Origin: Acidimicrobiia bacterium | GTDB taxonomy: Bacteria > Actinomycetota > Acidimicrobiia > IMCC26256 > PALSA-555 | Length of the DNA stretch: 54,951 bases | Assembly (NCBI GenBank): GCA_009694435.1 | Contig: SHUY01000003.1 | Span: 1-54,951 of the forward strand | Direction: 5' to 3' | Shown here: positions 1-10,583 of the stretch, piece after piece | Layout of the letters: each line of letters opens with the position of its first letter | Numbering within the stretch: the stretch's first letter is position 1 | Notes under the pieces: generated by a model | What the model was told of the DNA's origin: nothing | Seen by the model: only the letters and a program-made list of their open reading frames with translations | Database searches by the model: none | Program-made: the position numbers and the translations under genes

Positions 1-2
1 CC

Positions 3-233
3 GAAGGCGAATGGGTCAAAGACGAAAGCGGAGAATTGGTATTCCAACCTGCTGGCGGTGGTGAGGCGATTTCGGCTGAGGCTGCGGGATATTCTGCCGC
101 CGAAGAAGCAGTGGCCGAGGCAGTCGAAGAAGCAGTCGAAGAAGCGGTAGCCGAGGCGGTCGAAGAAGCAGTGGCCGAGGCAGTCGAAGAAGCGGTAGCC
201 GAAGAAGCAAACGAGGAGCAGGCTGACGCGTGA
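3..233 (+). CDS. nusA: Transcription elongation factor NusA, C-terminal fragment (5'-truncated by window edge) with acidic repeat tail
   Basis: Frame is open from the window start (EGEWVKDESGELVFQPAGGG...) to TGA 231-233. It lies directly upstream of ylxR-infB-rbfA, the canonical nusA position. Identity rests mainly on synteny. Confidence 0.7.
   Translation, partial: EGEWVKDESGELVFQPAGGGEAISAEAAGYSAAEEAVAEAVEEAVEEAVAEAVEEAVAEAVEEAVAEEANEEQADA
102..209 (+). repeat. In-frame 12-nt tandem repeat encoding EEAV/AEAV
   Basis: Alternating gaagaagcagtc/gccgaggcagtc-type units are visible in the sequence. Confidence 0.9.
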
Positions 234-513
234 TCAAGATCGCCTCCCGAGTCGCTTGTGTGTGGGGTGTCGAACGAACGCGTCGGTCGACGACCTGGTT
301 CGTTTGTCGGCCAATGCTGACGGATCGCTTAGTCTCGGGCCGGGAACGGGTCGAGGCGCATGGCTGTGTGGTCCACCCGACGGAATCGAATGTCTTAATC
401 AAGCCGTTCGCCGCGGAGCCCTTGACAAGGCGCTGCGCATTCGCGTGCTCGAATCAGAAATTGAAGCGGTACGAAGTAAAATGCAAGACCCTAATAGCGA
501 GTTCCTCAGTTAG
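223..513 (+). CDS. ylxR: YlxR/DUF448 family RNA-binding protein (RNase P modulator family)
   Basis: PSRLCVGCR and GRGAWLC motifs, between nusA and infB. The motif extends upstream of the ORF-track start (256). CTG at 223 follows GAGGAG at 213-218. Confidence 0.85.
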   Translation: MTRDQDRLPSRLCVGCRTNASVDDLVRLSANADGSLSLGPGTGRGAWLCGPPDGIECLNQAVRRGALDKALRIRVLESEIEAVRSKMQDPNSEFLS

Positions 514-534
514 TCCGACGAGTTAGGTAGAGGC

Positions 535-3174
535 TTGGCCAAGAAAGTACGAATTTATGAAATAGCGCGTGAGTACGGCGTCTCTAATGAGGTCGTGCTC
601 GAGCTTGCTAATGAACTAAAGATTGGCGCTACTAGCCATTCGGCCAGTTTGGAAGAAGCGATGGGCGATCGCGTGCGCCGTTTAGCCGACTCTAAAGGAA
701 TGACTCGACAAGCCCCCGCTAAAAAAGCCCCCGCTAAAAAAGCCCCGGCTAAAAAAGCCCCCGCTAAAAAAGCTCCCGCTAAAAAAGCTCCCGCTAAAAA
801 AGCCCCGGCTAAAAAAGCCCCGGCGAGTAAATCGGCTCCGGACGAAGAGGCGGACGCGAAGATTGCCCCCGCGGTCCCTAATCCGACTAGTCGAGTAGTG
901 CGTTCTTCGGCTCGAGTCGAAGAACCCGAAGCGATTGTTTCTACTCCTAAAATTACTCCGAGCGCTTCAGAAATTCCCTCGGTGCCGGCCGCTACCCCCG
1001 AGAGTAAAGTTGAACCAACTGCGGCTAATGCTAAGCCGATTCCACCACCGCCAGGTCAACGTCGAGTACCTCCACCGCCCGTTCCGGGTCGTTCTTTTTC
1101 TTCTGGTCCTCGCCCTGGTGGCGCGGGACCCGCGCGCCGCAGTCCGACCGACGGTACGACTGGTGAAGCGGCCGCGCCTCGGCGTTCTCCCGGCGGTTAC
1201 ACCCCTCGTCCCGGTCCCGCAGCAACTCCGGGAGCAGGGGCCCCGGCTGGTCGCCCCGGTGGTGGCCGTGGTCGGCCAACCCCTCAAGGACAACGGCCCC
1301 GGCGTAAGAAACGGCGGCGCCGCAGTTTTGAAGAATTAGGTCCCGCTTCCGCTCCGGTACTCACCCCAATAGATGCTCCAGTGCCGGAAGGCGAGATTGT
1401 GGTGCCTCGAGGGTTGACGCTGCAAGAACTAGCCCCCATGTTAAATCGCAATACGGCCGACTTGGTGCGGTTGCTTTTTGATGCGGGTGAATTAGTAACC
1501 GGCACGCAGTCGCTAGCCGACGAGATGGTAGATCTCATAGCAGAAACCCTTAACGCGGAAGTACTGCTGGTCGAACCTGGTCAAGAGCAAGAACTTGAGT
1601 TGCAAGGCATGCTTGGTGACGAAGAAGAAAATGAAGACGAGAGTCTTCTGGTTCCGCGCGCTCCGATTGTTACCGTTATGGGTCATGTCGACCACGGAAA
1701 AACTACTTTGCTTGACCGCATTCGCAGTGCCAATGTTGTTGCTGGCGAAGCGGGGGGAATAACTCAGCACATCGGTGCTTACCGAGCTGAGCATAATTCT
1801 AAACCCATAACTTTTATCGATACTCCTGGACACGAAGCCTTTACTTCGATGCGTGCTCGCGGTGCACAAGCCACCGATGTAGTCGTTTTAGTTGCGGCCG
1901 CAGATGACGGTTTGATGCCGCAAACTTTAGAGGCGCTTAATCACGCCCGTGCGGCAGACGTTCCGATCATTGTGGCCATTACCAAAGTGGACCGTGAGGA
2001 CGCTAACCCTGAACGAGTTCGCCAACAATTTGTTGAAAACGAATTAGTCCCCGAAGAGTGGGGGGGCGACACGATAATGATCGATGTCTCCGCTCCTACT
2101 GGCCAAGGGGTAGACGCATTGCTAGAGGCAATTTTGTTAGTGGCCGAACTTGAAGAACTCTCGGCTAACCCAGACGCACCCGCCCGAGCATTTGTTTTGG
2201 AGTCCAACCTTGATCCCGGGCGAGGGCCAGTAGCGACAGTTTTGATTGAACGAGGAACACTAAAAGTCGGCGCCCCCGTCGTGGCCGGTGGCGGATGGGG
2301 CCGAGTTCGAGCGTTGTTTGACGAGCACGGAAAATCAATCAAAGAGGCGGGGCTCTCTATGCCAGTAGAGGTCCTTGGTCTGGACGAAGTTCCGTTAGCG
2401 GGTGACGAATTGCGCGTTGCTCCCGACGAAAAGACCGCCCGCTTGGTTGCTGAAGCACGAATCCACCGCCGTCGATCAGCCAGTAGCTCTCACCCGGCAT
2501 CGCTGGCCGGCGGGGCTCGCCTAGAAGATATTTTCGCCATGGTGCAACGCGGTGAAGTTGCCACTCTCAATCTGATCTTGAAAGCCGACGTGCAAGGCTC
2601 GCTGGAAGCCATAACTGATGCGTTGCGCAAACTCGATAAAGATCATGAAGAAGTTCGACTTTCGTTTGTTCACCGAGCCGTAGGCGGTATTAGTGAATCG
2701 GATATCGATTTGGCGGCCGTTTCTAATGCCACGGTGATTGGTTTTAATGTTCGGCCCGATCGCAAGGCGCGTGAACGAGCCGAGTTTGAAAAAGTGGAAC
2801 TTCGTCTTTACGAAGTTATCTACAAGGTTCTTGAAGATGTCAACTCTGCCCTCATTGGTATGTTGGAACCAGAATTTGAGGAAGTCGTCACCGGAGATGC
2901 TGAAGTGCGTGAAATATTCGGGATTCCCCGAGTCGGGAAAGTGGCCGGTTGTTTTGTGCGCAATGGTGTAGTTACTCGAGGTTCGAAGGTGCGTTTCTTG
3001 CGTGACGGGGTTGTCATCTGGAATGGCGCAATCAACTCTTTGCGCCGATTCAAAGATGATGCTCGCGAAGTTCAGGCCGGATTTGAGTGTGGTATTGGTC
3101 TTTCTGACTTCCAAGACCTAAAAGCGGGTGACATCATTGAGACTTATGACCTCAAGGAGATTCCCCGCACCTAA
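535..3174 (+). CDS. infB: Translation initiation factor IF-2
   Basis: N-terminal [26 protein letters not shown]-terminal ECGI. Confidence 0.99.
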   Translation: MAKKVRIYEIAREYGVSNEVVLELANELKIGATSHSASLEEAMGDRVRRLADSKGMTRQAPAKKAPAKKAPAKKAPAKKAPAKKAPAKKAPAKKAPASKSAPDEEADAKIAPAVPNPTSRVVRSSARVEEPEAIVSTPKITPSASEIPSVPAATPESKVEPTAANAKPIPPPPGQRRVPPPPVPGRSFSSGPRPGGAGPARRSPTDGTTGEAAAPRRSPGGYTPRPGPAATPGAGAPAGRPGGGRGRPTPQGQRPRRKKRRRRSFEELGPASAPVLTPIDAPVPEGEIVVPRGLTLQELAPMLNRNTADLVRLLFDAGELVTGTQSLADEMVDLIAETLNAEVLLVEPGQEQELELQGMLGDEEENEDESLLVPRAPIVTVMGHVDHGKTTLLDRIRSANVVAGEAGGITQHIGAYRAEHNSKPITFIDTPGHEAFTSMRARGAQATDVVVLVAAADDGLMPQTLEALNHARAADVPIIVAITKVDREDANPERVRQQFVENELVPEEWGGDTIMIDVSAPTGQGVDALLEAILLVAELEELSANPDAPARAFVLESNLDPGRGPVATVLIERGTLKVGAPVVAGGGWGRVRALFDEHGKSIKEAGLSMPVEVLGLDEVPLAGDELRVAPDEKTARLVAEARIHRRRSASSSHPASLAGGARLEDIFAMVQRGEVATLNLILKADVQGSLEAITDALRKLDKDHEEVRLSFVHRAVGGISESDIDLAAVSNATVIGFNVRPDRKARERAEFEKVELRLYEVIYKVLEDVNSALIGMLEPEFEEVVTGDAEVREIFGIPRVGKVAGCFVRNGVVTRGSKVRFLRDGVVIWNGAINSLRRFKDDAREVQAGFECGIGLSDFQDLKAGDIIETYDLKEIPRT
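712..825 (+). repeat. 15-nt tandem repeat encoding (APAKK)x7 within IF-2
   Basis: Seven gc(c/t)cc(c/g)gctaaaaaa units plus a partial eighth. Confidence 0.95.
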
Positions 3175-3186
3175 GCGGAGCGAAGT

Positions 3187-3546
3187 ATGGTCAGCCGAGC
3201 CCCTCGCAAGTTCTCCCGCATGCTGCGGGTTAACGAGTTGGTGCGGGAAGTTCTAGGCGACGAGCTTGAACGGCTGGCCGATCCTCGACTCGAATTAGTC
3301 ACGGTCATGAGTGTCGATGTGAGCCCTGATCTCCGTAACGCTACGGTTTACTACGGAGCGTTGGGCCGAGATGATCCCTCAATCGCGGTAGCACTTAAAT
3401 CGGCTACGCCGCGACTGCGCAAAGCCATTAGCCGGGAAGCTCGGTTGAAGTATCTCCCCGATTTGAAATTCAAAGAAGACCCTTCACTCGAAACTGGACA
3501 ACGAGTCGAAGAGATTTTGCGCAAGATCCGCGAGTCAAAACAATGA
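3187..3546 (+). CDS. rbfA: Ribosome-binding factor A
   Basis: RVNELVREVL, DPRL, VSPDLRNATVY, PDLKF; follows infB. Confidence 0.97.
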   Translation: MVSRAPRKFSRMLRVNELVREVLGDELERLADPRLELVTVMSVDVSPDLRNATVYYGALGRDDPSIAVALKSATPRLRKAISREARLKYLPDLKFKEDPSLETGQRVEEILRKIRESKQ

Positions 3547-4547
3547 GCCCGGCCCGAGCCGCGGGCTCCGATAAGGCCGTAGTCGCGGCCGCGGCGGCAC
3601 TAAGAGACGCGTCCGAGATTGCTCTCGCTTGTCATGTAGGACCTGATGGTGACGCTTTGGGGTCAACCCTTGGTCTGTTCCATGTGTTGCGTGCGGCCGG
3701 ACGACCAGTAGTGGCGTCGTTTCCCGACCCGTTCGTAGTGGGTCCAACTTTTACCGGCCTACCCGGCTTGGAAGATTTAGTACCACCCGAAAAATTTCCT
3801 GCTGCGCCCGAAGTGATGGTTACTTTCGACTGCGGTTCACTTGATCGTCTAGGAAATTTAGAGCCCGCGGCGCGTGCGGCGAGCGAACTTATTGTTGTTG
3901 ACCATCACCTTTCTAACGATTCTTACGGGACGATCAACCTAATTGAATCTGATGCTGCGGCCAGCGCCAGTGTGGTGCTCAAACTGATCGACGAGCTAGG
4001 CCTCGAGCTGAATCGCGATGCTGCTTTTTGTCTGTACGTAGCACTAATTTCAGACACCGGCCGTTTTCAGTACGAAAACACCACTCCCGCAGTATTCGAA
4101 ATGGCCCGCCGACTCACTGAATTTGATTTACCCGTAGCCGATCTTTCGCGTCAGCTTTTCGAAGTAGACAGTTTTGCTTACTTGCGCTTATTGGGTGAGG
4201 TGCTTAACGGAGTCGAATTAGATTCTGAATTTAACCTTATTTGGGCAGTTGCGACTAACGAAATGTACGAACGGCACGGGGTGAAGCGGGAAGAGGCCGA
4301 AGGATTAATTGACATAGTTCGGCGAGCTGCTGAGTCTGAAGTTGCTCTGCTGTTGCGAGAAGAACCCGACTCGACTACGCGCGGGAGTTTGCGCTCACTA
4401 GGTGGGGTAGACGTTTTGGCTATTGCGCAAACTTTTGGTGGTGGGGGACATCGTCTCGCGGCTGGATTTAGCTCAGACAAGCCGCCCTTAGAAGTGCTTG
4501 CTCTTGTGCGCTCCGAGCTTGGTGCGGTTGGTGGTCAAAATGGTTGA
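3543..4547 (+). CDS. nrnA: DHH/DHHA1 bifunctional oligoribonuclease / pAp phosphatase
   Basis: HVGPDGDALGS, DHH, SDTGRF and GGGGH motifs; rbfA-nrnA-truB synteny. Confidence 0.9.
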   Translation: MSPARAAGSDKAVVAAAAALRDASEIALACHVGPDGDALGSTLGLFHVLRAAGRPVVASFPDPFVVGPTFTGLPGLEDLVPPEKFPAAPEVMVTFDCGSLDRLGNLEPAARAASELIVVDHHLSNDSYGTINLIESDAAASASVVLKLIDELGLELNRDAAFCLYVALISDTGRFQYENTTPAVFEMARRLTEFDLPVADLSRQLFEVDSFAYLRLLGEVLNGVELDSEFNLIWAVATNEMYERHGVKREEAEGLIDIVRRAAESEVALLLREEPDSTTRGSLRSLGGVDVLAIAQTFGGGGHRLAAGFSSDKPPLEVLALVRSELGAVGGQNG

Positions 4548-5433
4548 TGGCCTAGTAATCGTTGACAAAGAGCCGGGCTGGACTTCCCATGACGTAGTGG
4601 CCAAGTTGCGCTCGGTCTACGGGCAAAAACGAGTGGGTCATGCCGGCACACTTGACCCCGATGCCACCGGTGTTTTGTTGGTCGGTCTGGGACGAGTTAC
4701 TCGGCTAATGCGATTTTTACAGGCGGGGAAAAAGGTCTACCGCTCCACGATTCAGTTCGGCGTGGCTACGAACACGCTCGATGCCGCGGGAGAGGTAACC
4801 GGCGAAGTTGCCATGACGTTTACCCGTAGTGATCTCGAGGCCGCTTTACCGCAATTTGTGGGCGATATCAAACAAATACCGCCGATGGTTTCTGCCGTGA
4901 AGATTGACGGGAAACGGTTGTACGCGTCGGCCCGCGCGGGCGAAGAGGTTGCTCGTCCACCGCGGCCAGTAACGGTACATAAATTTTTATTAGAAGATTT
5001 TGATGACACAGAACCAGGTTTTCCTCGGGCCACGGTTTTAGTGGAGTGTTCTTCGGGAACTTACATTCGCTCGTTGGCGGCCGATTTGGGCGAAGCCTTG
5101 AGCGGGCTAGGACACATAATCACTTTGCGGCGAGTTTCGAGTGGCTCTTTTGGGGTTGAAGAAGCTCACGCTATTGATTCGGTAATAGCCGCGCCCAGTG
5201 ATTGTTTGTTATCACCATTAATTGCTATGCGCGATCTTGACCAAGTTAAAGTTGATTCGGCGACCGAAAAGTTGGTAAGTCACGGGCGACGTATTTGTAT
5301 AAATCAAGAAGAAGAAAATATTAGCGGGCCGTGCGCGGTGGTGGGAGCGAGGGGTGAGCTGCTCGCGGTTTATGAGCCAAAAGAAAATGAATTTGTGGCC
5401 GCCGTCGTAGTCTCTCCTGGAGCCGGAGAGTAA
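4540..5433 (+). CDS. truB: tRNA pseudouridine(55) synthase
   Basis: DKEPGWTSHDVV, GHAGTLDPDATG, CSSGTYIRS. ATG 4540 preferred over the ORF-track start. Confidence 0.97.
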   Translation: MVDGLVIVDKEPGWTSHDVVAKLRSVYGQKRVGHAGTLDPDATGVLLVGLGRVTRLMRFLQAGKKVYRSTIQFGVATNTLDAAGEVTGEVAMTFTRSDLEAALPQFVGDIKQIPPMVSAVKIDGKRLYASARAGEEVARPPRPVTVHKFLLEDFDDTEPGFPRATVLVECSSGTYIRSLAADLGEALSGLGHIITLRRVSSGSFGVEEAHAIDSVIAAPSDCLLSPLIAMRDLDQVKVDSATEKLVSHGRRICINQEEENISGPCAVVGARGELLAVYEPKENEFVAAVVVSPGAGE

Positions 5434-5438
5434 CTGCT

Positions 5439-6428
5439 ATGGATAGTGTTGTAGACCTAGTTGGTTACGAGCCTCCCGTCGGGGGGACGGTAGTAACTAT
5501 TGGGGCTTACGACGGCGTTCATTTGGGTCATCAAGCGGTCCTACGGCTAGTACGCGATTTAGCTACGGCTCGAAATTGTGAAGCAGTCTGTCTGACTTTT
5601 GATCGTCATCCGGCTGAAGTAGTGCGAACGGCGACTGCACCCAAACTCCTCACTAATCTTGAGCAAAAACTAGAACTTTTAGCCCAAACCGGCTTTGTCG
5701 ACACAACTTGCGTTTTGACTTTTGACGAGGAGCGCAGCAAAGAAGCCGCAGAAGATTTCGTTCGCACAGTTCTTGTCGAAGGTTTGGGTGCCCGTTTAGT
5801 TGTGGTTGGAGCCGATTTCCATTTCGGCCATCGCCGACACGGAAAAGTTGAGTTACTTGAGCAAATGGGGGCAGAGCTGGGGTTCGAAGTTATTGGCTTG
5901 GGCCTAGTTCCGGTGGCGGGTGACTCGACGGGGGTCGCTTATTCGTCGACTCGTATTCGTGAGCTGCTTGGTGAAGGAAACGTAACTGGTGCCGCGCGGT
6001 TGCTTGGTCTACCCGCTCGAGATTATGAAGTTCGAGGAACGGTAGTGAAAGGTGATCAGCGCGGGCGAGAGTTGGGCTATCCCACCGCAAACGTCGCCGT
6101 TTCGGATCGTATGTGTTTACCCGCCGATGGAATCTACGCAGGCTATTTTCGTTGTGGGCCGTCCTCGGGTGCTCCGCTAGATGACGGCGACGGGATTGAA
6201 CGGCCGTGTGCTGTCTCGCTGGGTCGCCGACCAACGTTTTACGAAGACGCACCGGTATCACTGCTAGAGGCTTTTCTGCTTGATTTTGATGACGACCTCT
6301 ATGGTCGCAACGTAGCGGTTCGCTTCGTTGATCGAATCCGAGGTGAGGAGCGTTTTGAGAGTAGCGAGAGCCTAATTAAGCAAATGGGCCTCGATGTTGA
6401 GGAAACTCGGCGGCTTCTAGGTGCCTGA
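5439..6428 (+). CDS. ribF: Bifunctional riboflavin kinase / FAD synthetase
   Basis: GAYDGVHLGH, SSTRIR, GRELGYPTAN, RPTF. Confidence 0.97.
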   Translation: MDSVVDLVGYEPPVGGTVVTIGAYDGVHLGHQAVLRLVRDLATARNCEAVCLTFDRHPAEVVRTATAPKLLTNLEQKLELLAQTGFVDTTCVLTFDEERSKEAAEDFVRTVLVEGLGARLVVVGADFHFGHRRHGKVELLEQMGAELGFEVIGLGLVPVAGDSTGVAYSSTRIRELLGEGNVTGAARLLGLPARDYEVRGTVVKGDQRGRELGYPTANVAVSDRMCLPADGIYAGYFRCGPSSGAPLDDGDGIERPCAVSLGRRPTFYEDAPVSLLEAFLLDFDDDLYGRNVAVRFVDRIRGEERFESSESLIKQMGLDVEETRRLLGA

Positions 6429-6506
6429 GCTGAGTCTGCTACCGTAAAGGGGTTCCCAACCAGGGAATTAAAAGCACCAAAGACGAAAACAAGTAGAAGC
6501 GAAGGT

Positions 6507-6764
6507 ATGCCCGAATCATCAACAACGATCTCCGATCACCGCCGCCACGAGACTGACACTGGTTCGGCGGAAGTCCAGATAGCCCTGCTTACTGGCCGCA
6601 TTGATCACCTAACCGAACATCTCAAGACGCACAAAAAAGATCATCACTCGCGTCGTGGTTTGCTCATGATGGTTGGTCGCCGCCGCCGTTTGCTTGACTA
6701 TCTAAAGCGCAAAGAAGTTGACCGATACCGAGCGATCATCGCGAAGTTAGGTCTGCGGAGGTAA
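6507..6764 (+). CDS. rpsO: 30S ribosomal protein S15
   Basis: [30 protein letters not shown]. Confidence 0.99.
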   Translation: MPESSTTISDHRRHETDTGSAEVQIALLTGRIDHLTEHLKTHKKDHHSRRGLLMMVGRRRRLLDYLKRKEVDRYRAIIAKLGLRR

Positions 6765-6877
6765 TCGTTCTAAAGAATTACTCGCGTTTTTATTCTTGTT
6801 CGACCCTCGTGGCTCTCACCGGAATTACTCGCAAGTATAAGTAAAGACGTCGAAAAATAATCAGAGAGGAGCGTCTT

Positions 6878-9259
6878 ATGGAAGGCGCCATTCGTGTTTC
6901 CGGTCCTATCAACGCTGAAGGGACCGTATTGTCGCTAGAGACGGGAAAGCTTGCTCGTCTTGCTGCTGGAGCAGTTTTAGTTCAGATTGGTGACACCACC
7001 TTGCTCACCACCGTTGCGACTAGCAAGCCGCGCGACGGGATCGATTTCTTCCCGCTTACGGTTGACGTAGAAGAGCGGATGTATGCCGTAGGTAAAATTC
7101 CTGGGTCATTTTTTCGCCGTGAAGGTCGGCCTGGTGAAGCCGCTATTTTGACTTGTCGTCTTACCGACCGTCCGTTGCGCCCTTCGTTCCCCAGCGATTT
7201 TCGCAACGAAGTGCAGGTGATTTCCACCATTCTTGGCGCTGATCTTGAGAACCCCCACGACGTTGCTTCAATTAATGGCGCATCGGCGGCACTGATGGTG
7301 TCGGGGATTCCCTTTGACGGACCGATTGGTGCAGTACGCATTGCTGCTATTGACGGCGAATGGGTTGCTCACCCGACTTACCAGCAAGGTGATGAGTCCA
7401 CCTTCGAAATGGTGGTGGCCGGTCGCAAACTTCATGATGGTGATGTTGCAGTAATGATGGTGGAAGCAGGCGGTACTGCTGGTTCGTTCGAAATGTACGA
7501 AGCCGGTGCGCCGAAGGTAACCGAAGAAACTATTGCTGATGGTTTGGAGTTCGCGAAACAGTGGATCTTGGCGTCTATTGAGTTGCAACTTGAACTAGTT
7601 AAAAAAGTTCAGGCGGAAAAAGGTCCAATTCAAGACATTCCTTATGCTCCTTCCATCGACTACGCCGACGATATTTTCGATGCCATTGCCGACGAAGCGC
7701 GTACCGCTACTGCTCAAGCGATGTTTGTTGCGGATAAAAATGATCGCAACAACCGTCTTGACGAGATTGAGTCGGCTGCGATCGCTACTTTGGTTGGTTC
7801 TGACGAAGCTCCGGGACAATTTGCCGGGCGTACTGGTGAACTCAAAAAAGCGTTCCGTTCGTTGCAAAAGCAGGTCGTGCGTGACCGTATTGTCAATGAA
7901 GGTGTGCGTATTGACGGGCGTGGTCTTACCGACCTACGCCCAATTTCTTCTGAAGTTGGTTTGTTGCCTACTGCTCACGGAACCGGTTTGTTCCAGCGAG
8001 GTGAGACTCAAGTTTTGAGTGTGGTCACACTCGGAATGCCGCGTATGGAGCAAATGGTCGATTCGATTGGCACTGATGACCGGAAGCGCTACATGCATCA
8101 CTACAACTTCCCGCCGTTCTCAACCGGTGAAACTGGCCGAGTGGGATCACCTAAGCGGCGTGAAATCGGTCACGGGGTACTGGCAGAACGAGCATTGGTG
8201 CCCGTGTTGCCTAGTGCCGAAGAGTGGCCCTACACCTTGCGAGTCGTGTCTGATGTGATGTCGTCAAACGGCTCTACCTCAATGGCGTCAGTGTGTGGAT
8301 CGAGTCTCTCTTTGATGGATTCTGGTACTCCGCTTAAAGCGCCGGTGGCGGGAATTGCCATGGGCCTCGTTTATCACGATGGAAAATACGTAACCCTTAC
8401 CGACATCCTCGGAGCGGAAGACGCTTTTGGCGACATGGACTTCAAGGTGGCCGGAACTCGTGATGCCATTACTGCTTTGCAACTCGACACCAAAATTGCT
8501 GGCATTCCCGCCAGTGTTCTGGGCGACGCATTGCGCCAGGCTCGAGAGGCACGATTGCAAATCCTTGACATTATGAACGAGGCCATCTCTGCCCCGCGTG
8601 AAGATGTAGGCCCCACCGCACCAAAAATAATCAGCATAGAAATACCGATTGACAAAATCGGTGAGGTGATTGGTCCTAAGGGCAAGGTCATTAACACTAT
8701 TACTCAAGAAACTGGAGCCGATGTTTCGGTTAGTGACAATGGGGTAGTGGGTACGGTTTCAATTGGTTCTAAAGATGGGCAAGCCGTTGAAGAGGCTCGG
8801 CGTCGCATTGAACTAATTCTTGATCCACCGACCGCCGAATTGGGAGCGACTTACACCGGTCGAGTGGTGAACGTGACTAAATTTGGAGCGTTTGTAAATA
8901 TCTTGCCTGGTCGAGACGGGCTGCTGCATATCTCTAAATTGGGTGGCGGTAAGCGCATCGATCGAGTTGAGGACGTGGTTAATCTTGGCGACGAAGTTGA
9001 AGTACGCGTTGACGACATTGACAACTCGGGCAAACTCTCGCTCAGCATGGCTAATGACGAAGGATCGAATTCTAGTGATAGCGATTCGGCTCCTAAGCGC
9101 GAAGCGAGCAAATCTGACTCAAGTCGGAGTGCGGTTTCGTTTGAAGATACTTGGGAAGCTAAAGCTAAAGAAGAGTTCGGTGACCTTGGTCCCGACGATG
9201 CTGGCCGAGGGGAGAAAAACTCGGGTGGAAATCGCGGCGGCGGTAAGCGGCGGCGCTAA
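6878..9259 (+). CDS. pnp: Polyribonucleotide nucleotidyltransferase (PNPase)
   Basis: FFPLTVDVEER, RREIGHG, SNGSTSMASVC, GDMDFKVAG, KH and S1 domains. Confidence 0.99.
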   Translation: MEGAIRVSGPINAEGTVLSLETGKLARLAAGAVLVQIGDTTLLTTVATSKPRDGIDFFPLTVDVEERMYAVGKIPGSFFRREGRPGEAAILTCRLTDRPLRPSFPSDFRNEVQVISTILGADLENPHDVASINGASAALMVSGIPFDGPIGAVRIAAIDGEWVAHPTYQQGDESTFEMVVAGRKLHDGDVAVMMVEAGGTAGSFEMYEAGAPKVTEETIADGLEFAKQWILASIELQLELVKKVQAEKGPIQDIPYAPSIDYADDIFDAIADEARTATAQAMFVADKNDRNNRLDEIESAAIATLVGSDEAPGQFAGRTGELKKAFRSLQKQVVRDRIVNEGVRIDGRGLTDLRPISSEVGLLPTAHGTGLFQRGETQVLSVVTLGMPRMEQMVDSIGTDDRKRYMHHYNFPPFSTGETGRVGSPKRREIGHGVLAERALVPVLPSAEEWPYTLRVVSDVMSSNGSTSMASVCGSSLSLMDSGTPLKAPVAGIAMGLVYHDGKYVTLTDILGAEDAFGDMDFKVAGTRDAITALQLDTKIAGIPASVLGDALRQAREARLQILDIMNEAISAPREDVGPTAPKIISIEIPIDKIGEVIGPKGKVINTITQETGADVSVSDNGVVGTVSIGSKDGQAVEEARRRIELILDPPTAELGATYTGRVVNVTKFGAFVNILPGRDGLLHISKLGGGKRIDRVEDVVNLGDEVEVRVDDIDNSGKLSLSMANDEGSNSSDSDSAPKREASKSDSSRSAVSFEDTWEAKAKEEFGDLGPDDAGRGEKNSGGNRGGGKRRR

Positions 9260-9265
9260 CTCTTC

Positions 9266-10534
9266 GTGGGCGAAGCCGTAGAACGCAGCATCCTTGACTC
9301 GGGGCTGCGGGTAGTTACCGAAGCACTGCCGGGCTTACGCTCGGCCGCAGTAGGTTTTTGGGTTGGTACGGGTTCGCGCGACGAGACCAACCAGATATCC
9401 GGTGCTAGCCACTTTCTTGAACACTTGCTGTTTAAGGGTACGGCTCGTCGAGGAGCACTTGAGATTGCCAACTCGGTTGAGTCGGTGGGTGGAGACATGA
9501 ATGCCTTTACCACCCACGAAGCAACAGTTTTCTACGTACGCGTTCCTGATGAGCGGATCTACGAAGCGCTTGACATTCTTTCTGACATTGTTTGGTCTCC
9601 AAGTTTGCGCGGTGAAGATGTTGACGCAGAGCGGCAAGTCATTCTTGAAGAGATTCGCATGCACGATGACTCACCCGAAGATTTAGTCCACGATGTTTTT
9701 GCCCAAGCGATATTTCCTGATCACGCAATTGGGCGCACAGTGATTGGAATTCCCGAAACTATTAATTCTTTGGGGCCAAAAGAAATAGGCGATTTTCACG
9801 CCGCTCATTACCATCCGAGCAATGTGGTGGTCGCCGCAGCTGGAAATCTCAACCATGACGAAGTGGTTAAGCAAGTTGAAGCCGCCTTGCTCCCCGACAC
9901 GAGTCACCAGCGCCCCGAGCGTGAGGTTTGGACGGACGGGACTGCCCCAAAGAGACTGGCGGTGGTTGAACGCGATAGTGAACAAGCCCACGTCGTTTTA
10001 GGGATGCGCGCGCTGCGCGGTGATGACCCCGATCGTTACGCCTTTGCGGTACTCAACCAAGTTTTGGGCGGCGGAATGTCTTCTCGATTGTTTCAAGAAG
10101 TGCGAGAAAAACGGGGTTTGGCTTATTCGGTTTACGCCTATCGCAGCGCTTTCGATGAAACCGGCACGTTTGCCATTTCGGCCGGCACGGCTCCGGATCG
10201 ACTGCCAGAACTCTTAGAAGTAATCGGCACCGAAATTGATCGAGTGATTGTCGACGGAGGAGTGGGGGACGACGAATTGATGGCCGCTAAAGGCCACCTA
10301 ACCGGATCGCTAGCGTTATCGCTGGAGACCTCGGGCTCGAGAATGCACCGGATTGGGTCAAACGAACTGTCGCTAGGAGAGATTGCCACGCTTGATGAAC
10401 TCGTTGACCGAGTCAACGCAGTGGGTCCTGATGATATAGCTCGAGTAGTAGAGCGAGTCATGGCCCCTCCGGAAAGATCTCTAGCGGTAGTGGGCCCAGT
10501 CAAAACCGCCGATGTAAAGGCGTTGTTTAATTAA
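9266..10534 (+). CDS. M16 family (pitrilysin-like) zinc peptidase
   Basis: HFLEH inverted zinc motif, GGMSSRLFQEVREKRGLAY; conserved pnp-M16-dapB order. Confidence 0.95.
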   Translation: MGEAVERSILDSGLRVVTEALPGLRSAAVGFWVGTGSRDETNQISGASHFLEHLLFKGTARRGALEIANSVESVGGDMNAFTTHEATVFYVRVPDERIYEALDILSDIVWSPSLRGEDVDAERQVILEEIRMHDDSPEDLVHDVFAQAIFPDHAIGRTVIGIPETINSLGPKEIGDFHAAHYHPSNVVVAAAGNLNHDEVVKQVEAALLPDTSHQRPEREVWTDGTAPKRLAVVERDSEQAHVVLGMRALRGDDPDRYAFAVLNQVLGGGMSSRLFQEVREKRGLAYSVYAYRSAFDETGTFAISAGTAPDRLPELLEVIGTEIDRVIVDGGVGDDELMAAKGHLTGSLALSLETSGSRMHRIGSNELSLGEIATLDELVDRVNAVGPDDIARVVERVMAPPERSLAVVGPVKTADVKALFN

Positions 10535-10583
10535 CTCACGAATGTTCGTGTTTGGTCCGACTGGTTGCCGGTAGCCTGAAGTG

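Noticed and set aside
102-825. Tandem repeats as a CRISPR array
   Set aside because: They are in-frame coding repeats with no unique spacers, and there are no cas genes.
6439-6506. S15 autoregulatory leader RNA
   Set aside because: Only a small TTCCC/GGGAA hairpin is visible. It cannot be supported without a covariance search.
10537-10550. CACGAATGTTCGTG upstream of dapB as an SOS box
   Set aside because: It lacks GAAC-N4-GTTC spacing; at most a short hairpin.
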